From: Eledone cirrhosa
Taxonomy: Eukaryota
Length of the DNA: 64,000 nt
Assembly: GCA_964016885.1 (NCBI GenBank)
Contig: OZ024743.1
Coordinates: forward strand, 133,610,001-133,674,000
Direction: 5' to 3'
A model generated the notes under the pieces. That model saw only the letters and a program-made list of their open reading frames with translations. It did not search any database and had not been told where the DNA came from. The position numbers and the translations under genes were made by a program. The stretch's first letter is position 1, and each line of letters begins with the position of its first letter. This document shows positions 60,901 to 64,000 of this stretch, piece by piece.

Positions 60901-63900
60901 GCTTGGTGTTTGGTGCTTGGTGCTTGGTGTTTGGTGTTTGGTGCTAGGTGCTTGGTGTTTGGTGTCTGGTGTTTGGTGCTTGGTGTTTGGTGTTTGGTGC
61001 TTCATGCTTGGGGCTTGGTGTTTGGTGCTAGGTGCTTGGTGCTTGGTGCTTGGTGTTTGGTGCTTGGTGTTTGGTGCTTGGTACTTGGGGCTTGGTGTTT
61101 GGTGCTTGGTGCTTGGTGTTTGGTGCTTGGTGCTTGGTGTTTGGTGTTTGGTGCTTGGTGCTTGGTGTTTGGTGCTTGGTGCTTGGTGCTGGGTGGTTGG
61201 TATTTGGTGCTTGGTGCTTGGTGTTTGGTGCTTGGTGCTTGGTGCTTGGTGTTTGGTGCTTGGTGCTTGGTGCTTGGTCTTTGGTGCTTGGTGTTTGGTG
61301 CTTGGTGCTTGGTGCTTGGTGTTTGGTGCTTGGTGATTAGTGTTTGGTGCTTGGTGCTTGGGGTTTGGTGTTTGGTGCTTGGTACTTGGTGTTTGGTGCT
61401 TGGTGTTTGGTGTTTGCTGTTTGGTGTTTGGTGTTTGGTGTTTGCTGTTTGCTTTTTGGTGTTTGGTGTTTGCTGTATGGTGTTTGCTGTTTGGTGTTTT
61501 GTGTTTGCTGTTTGGTGTTTGGTGTTTGCTGTTTGGTGCTTGGTGCTTGTGTTTGGTGTTTGGTGCTTGGTGCTTGGTGTTTGGTGTTTGTTGCTTGGTG
61601 CTTGTTGCTTGGTGTTTGGTGTTTGGTGTTTGGTGCTTGGTGTCTGGTGCTTGGTGTTTGGTGTTTGGTGTTTGGTGCTTGGTGTTTGGTGCTTGGTGTC
61701 TGGTGCTTGGTGTTTGGTGTTTGGTGTTTGGTGCTTGGTGTCTGGTGTTTGGTGTTTGGTCCTTGGTGCTTGGTGTTTAGTGCTTGGTGCTTGGTGTTTG
61801 GTGTTTGGTGTTTGTTGCTTGGTGCTTGGTGCTTGGTGTTTGGTGCTTGGTGCTTGGTGTTTGGTGCTGGGTGCTTGGTGTTTGGTGCTTGGTGCTTGGT
61901 GCTTGGTGTTTGGTGTTTGGTGTTATATGCTTGGTGTTTGATGCTTGGTGCTTGGTGCTTGGTATTTGGTGTTTGGTGTTAGGTGCTTGGTGTTTGATGC
62001 TTGGTGCTTGGTCCTTGGTGTTTGGTGCTTGGTGCTTGGTGTTTGTACTTGGTGCTTGGTGCTTGGTTCTTGGTGCTTGGTGCTTGGTGCTTGGTGCTTT
62101 GTGCTTGGTGTTTGGTGCTTGGTGTTTGGTGCTTGGTGTTTGGTGCTTGGTGCCTGGTGCTTGGTGCTTGGTGCTTGGTGTTTGGGGCTTGGTGTTTGGG
62201 GCTTGGTGTTAGGTGTTTGGTGCTTGGTGCTTGGTGTTTGGTGTTTGGTGCTTGGTGTTTGGTGCATGGTGCTTGGTGTTTGGTGTTTGGCGCTTGGTGT
62301 TTGGTGATTGGTACTTGGTGCTTGGTGCTTGGTGTTAGGTGTTTGGTGCTTGGTGCTTGGTGTTTGGTTTTTGGTGTTTGGTTTTTGGTGCTTGTTGCTT
62401 GGTGTTTGGTGTTTGGTGCTTGCTGCTGGCTGCTTGGTGTTTGGTGCTTGGTGATTGGTGCTTGGTGTTTGGTGCTTGGTGTTTGGTGTTTGGTACTAGG
62501 TGCTTGGTGATTGGTGTTTGGCGCTTGGTGCTTGGTGTTTGGTGTTTGGTGTTTGGTGCTTGCTGCTTGGTGCTTGGTGCTGGGTGGTTGGTGTTTGGTG
62601 CTTGGTGATTAGTGTTTGGTGCTAGGTGCTTGGGGTTTGGTGTTTGGTGCTTGGTGCTTGGTGTTTGGTGCTTGGTGCTTGGTGTTTGGTGCTTGGTGCT
62701 TGGTGTTTGGTGTTTGCTGTTTGCTGTTTGGTGTTTGTCGTTTGGTGTTTGTTGTTTGGTGCTTGGTGCTTGGTGCTTGGTGCTTAGTCCTTGGTGTTTG
62801 GTGCTTGGTGCTTGGTGTTTGTACTTGGTGCTTGGTGCTTGGTGTTTGGTTCTTGGTTCTTGGTGTTTGGTACTTGGTGCTTGGTGCTTGGTGCTTGGTG
62901 TTTGGTGTTTGGTGCTTGGTGTTTGGTGCTTGGTGCTTGGTGCTTGGTGCTTGGTGTTAGGTGTTTGGTGCTTGGTGCTTGGTGTTTGGTGCTTGGTGTT
63001 TGCTGTCTGGTGTTTGGTGTTTGGTGTTTGCTGTTTGCTGTTTGGTGTCTGCTTTTTGGTGTTTGGTGTTTGCTGTATGGTGTTTGCTGTTTGGTGTTTG
63101 GTGCTTCGTGTTTGGTGTTTGGTCTTTGGTGCTTGGTGTCTGGTGCTTGATGTTTGGTGTTTGGTGTTTGGTGCTTGGTGCTTGGTGTTTGGTGCTTGGT
63201 GCTTGGTGTTTGTACTTGGTGCTTGGTGCTTGGTGTTTGGTGCTTGGTTCTTGGTGTTTGGTGCTTGGTGTTTGGTGCTTGGTGCTTGGTGTTTGGTGCT
63301 TGGTGCTTGGTGTTTGGTGTTTGGTGCTTGGTGCTTGGTGCTTGGTGTTAGGTGTTTGGTGCTTGGTGCTTGGTGTTTAGTGTTTGGTTCTTGGTGCTTG
63401 GTATTTGGTGCTTGGTGCTTGCTGCTTGGTGTTTGGTGCTTGGTGATTGATGTTTGGTGTTTGGTGCTTGGTGCCCAGTGTTTGGTTTTTGGTGCTAGGT
63501 GCTTGGTGCATGGTGTTTGGTGCTTGGTGTTTGGTGTTTGGTGGTTGGTGCTTGGGGATTGGTGTTTGGTACTTGGTGCTTGGTGCTTGGTGTTTGGTGC
63601 TTGGTGCTTGGTGTTTGGTGTTTGGTGCTTGGTGCTTGGTATTTGGTGCTTGGTGCTTGGTGTTTGGTGTTTGGTGCTTGGTGCTTGGTGTTTGGTGCTT
63701 GGTGCTTGGTGCTTGTTGTTTGGTGATTGGTGCTTGGTGCTTGGTGTTTGGTGTTTGGTGCTTGGGGCTTGGTGTTTGGTGCTGCGTGCTTGGTGCTTGG
63801 TGCTTGGTGCTTGGTGCTTGGTGTTTGATGCTTGGTGTTTGATGCTTTGTGTTTGGTGTTTGGTGTTTGGTGCTTGGTGTTTGGTGTTTGATGCTTGGTG

Positions 63901-64000
63901 CTTGATGCTTGGTGCTTGGTGCTTGGTGTTTGGTGCTTGGTGCTTGGTGTTTGGTGTTTGGTGCTTGGTGCTTGGTGTTTGGTGCTTGGTGCTTGGTGCT
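50575..64000 (+). repeat. About 9.0-9.2 kb tandem duplication; the second copy starts at ~59565 and runs off the window end
   Basis: ORFs 50909..51115, 51105..51485 and 52317..52757 recur identically at +9023. ORFs 53176..53445, 53798..54217 and 54284..54679 recur at +9163. The marker GGTGCCCAGTG was seen only at ~54307 and ~63470. Confidence 0.93.
58270..58920 (+). repeat. 328-bp tandem duplication (47 units minus 1 bp)
   Basis: GTACTT at 58299 and 58627. ORF starts at 58443 and 58771. Both copies carry GGTTCTT..GGTATTT..GCTGCTT..GGTGATT GATGCTT in the same order. Confidence 0.9.

Larger units (their letters stand above)
1..64000 (+). repeat. Heptamer satellite array (GGTGYTT)n, about 9,100 units, single orientation, truncated by both window edges
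   Basis: Every line parses into GGTGCTT or GGTGTTT units plus single-substitution variants (GCTGTTT, GATGCTT, GGGGCTT, GTTGTTT, GGTGATT, AGTGTTT, GGTCTTT). No non-repeat insert or inverted segment was seen. The + strand is overwhelmingly G/T and A is rare. Confidence 0.99.

Noticed and set aside
1383-62267. Minus-strand KHQAPST-repeat ORFs (e.g. 3797..5842, 39510..41546) as mucin-like or adhesin genes
   Set aside because: They are the reverse complement of the same 7-mer. The DNA period is 7, not a multiple of 3, and there are no unique N- or C-terminal regions or signal peptide.
39-63352. TTAGG motifs (in GGTGTTA GGTG) as arthropod-type telomere repeats
   Set aside because: They are isolated single T-to-A variants of the heptamer and never form (TTAGG)n or (TTAGGG)n tracts.
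5-63842. Plus-strand Trp/Cys/Leu/Val-rich ORFs (e.g. 34090..36252, 32061..34082) as membrane proteins
   Set aside because: The same heptapeptide appears in all three overlapping frames. Starts are mostly incidental TTG/GTG, stops come from sporadic A-containing variants, and there is no domain, RBS or frame preference.
1-64000. CRISPR array, or diversity-generating retroelement/antigenic-variation cassette system
   Set aside because: There are no unique spacers between constant repeats. There is no cas, reverse transcriptase or recombinase gene, no adenine-specific TR/VR pair and no expression locus in the window.
1-64000. Canonical G-quadruplex array
   Set aside because: The consensus has only GG doublets with 5-nt loops and GGG/GGGG variants are sparse. 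At most weak two-tier G4s are possible, which cannot be supported without biophysical data.
1-64000. Pure sequencing or basecalling artefact, or synthetic low-complexity sequence
   Set aside because: Rare variants are reproduced across kb-scale copies with hierarchical divergence and exact modulo-7 indel accounting, which random error would not produce. Individual duplications could still be misassembled.
1-64000. Promoters, terminators, tRNA/rRNA or structured ncRNA
   Set aside because: The near absence of A on the + strand precludes AT-rich promoter boxes and stable Watson-Crick hairpins. No inverted repeats or RNA gene signatures were seen.

Overview
The whole 64 kb window is one uninterrupted, single-orientation tandem array of a 7-bp unit, GGTGYTT (GGTGCTT and GGTGTTT intermixed; minus strand AARCACC), about 9,100 units long and open at both ends. 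I see no unique sequence, credible gene, RNA gene, mobile element or CRISPR. All ORFs (WCLV[LF]G[AV] on +, KHQ[AT]P[SN]T on -) are by-products of translating a stop-free heptamer. The array is structured. Rare variant units and the C/T order act as barcodes and reveal three layers: the 7-mer, an older degenerate 1.0-1.7 kb module with landmarks in a conserved order, and recent near-identical head-to-tail duplications of about 6.0, 1.7, 4.1, 1.9, 3.2, 3.8, 0.33 and 9.0 kb. Each duplication offset equals a multiple of 7 after correcting for the off-length units lying between the copies, which cross-validates the map. Several homologous variant pairs differ by CpG versus TpG/CpA, hinting at cytosine methylation. 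The best reading is eukaryote-type satellite DNA (pericentromeric, centromeric or subtelomeric). The organism and function cannot be determined from sequence alone. Boundaries were mapped by eye and are approximate to within a few units.
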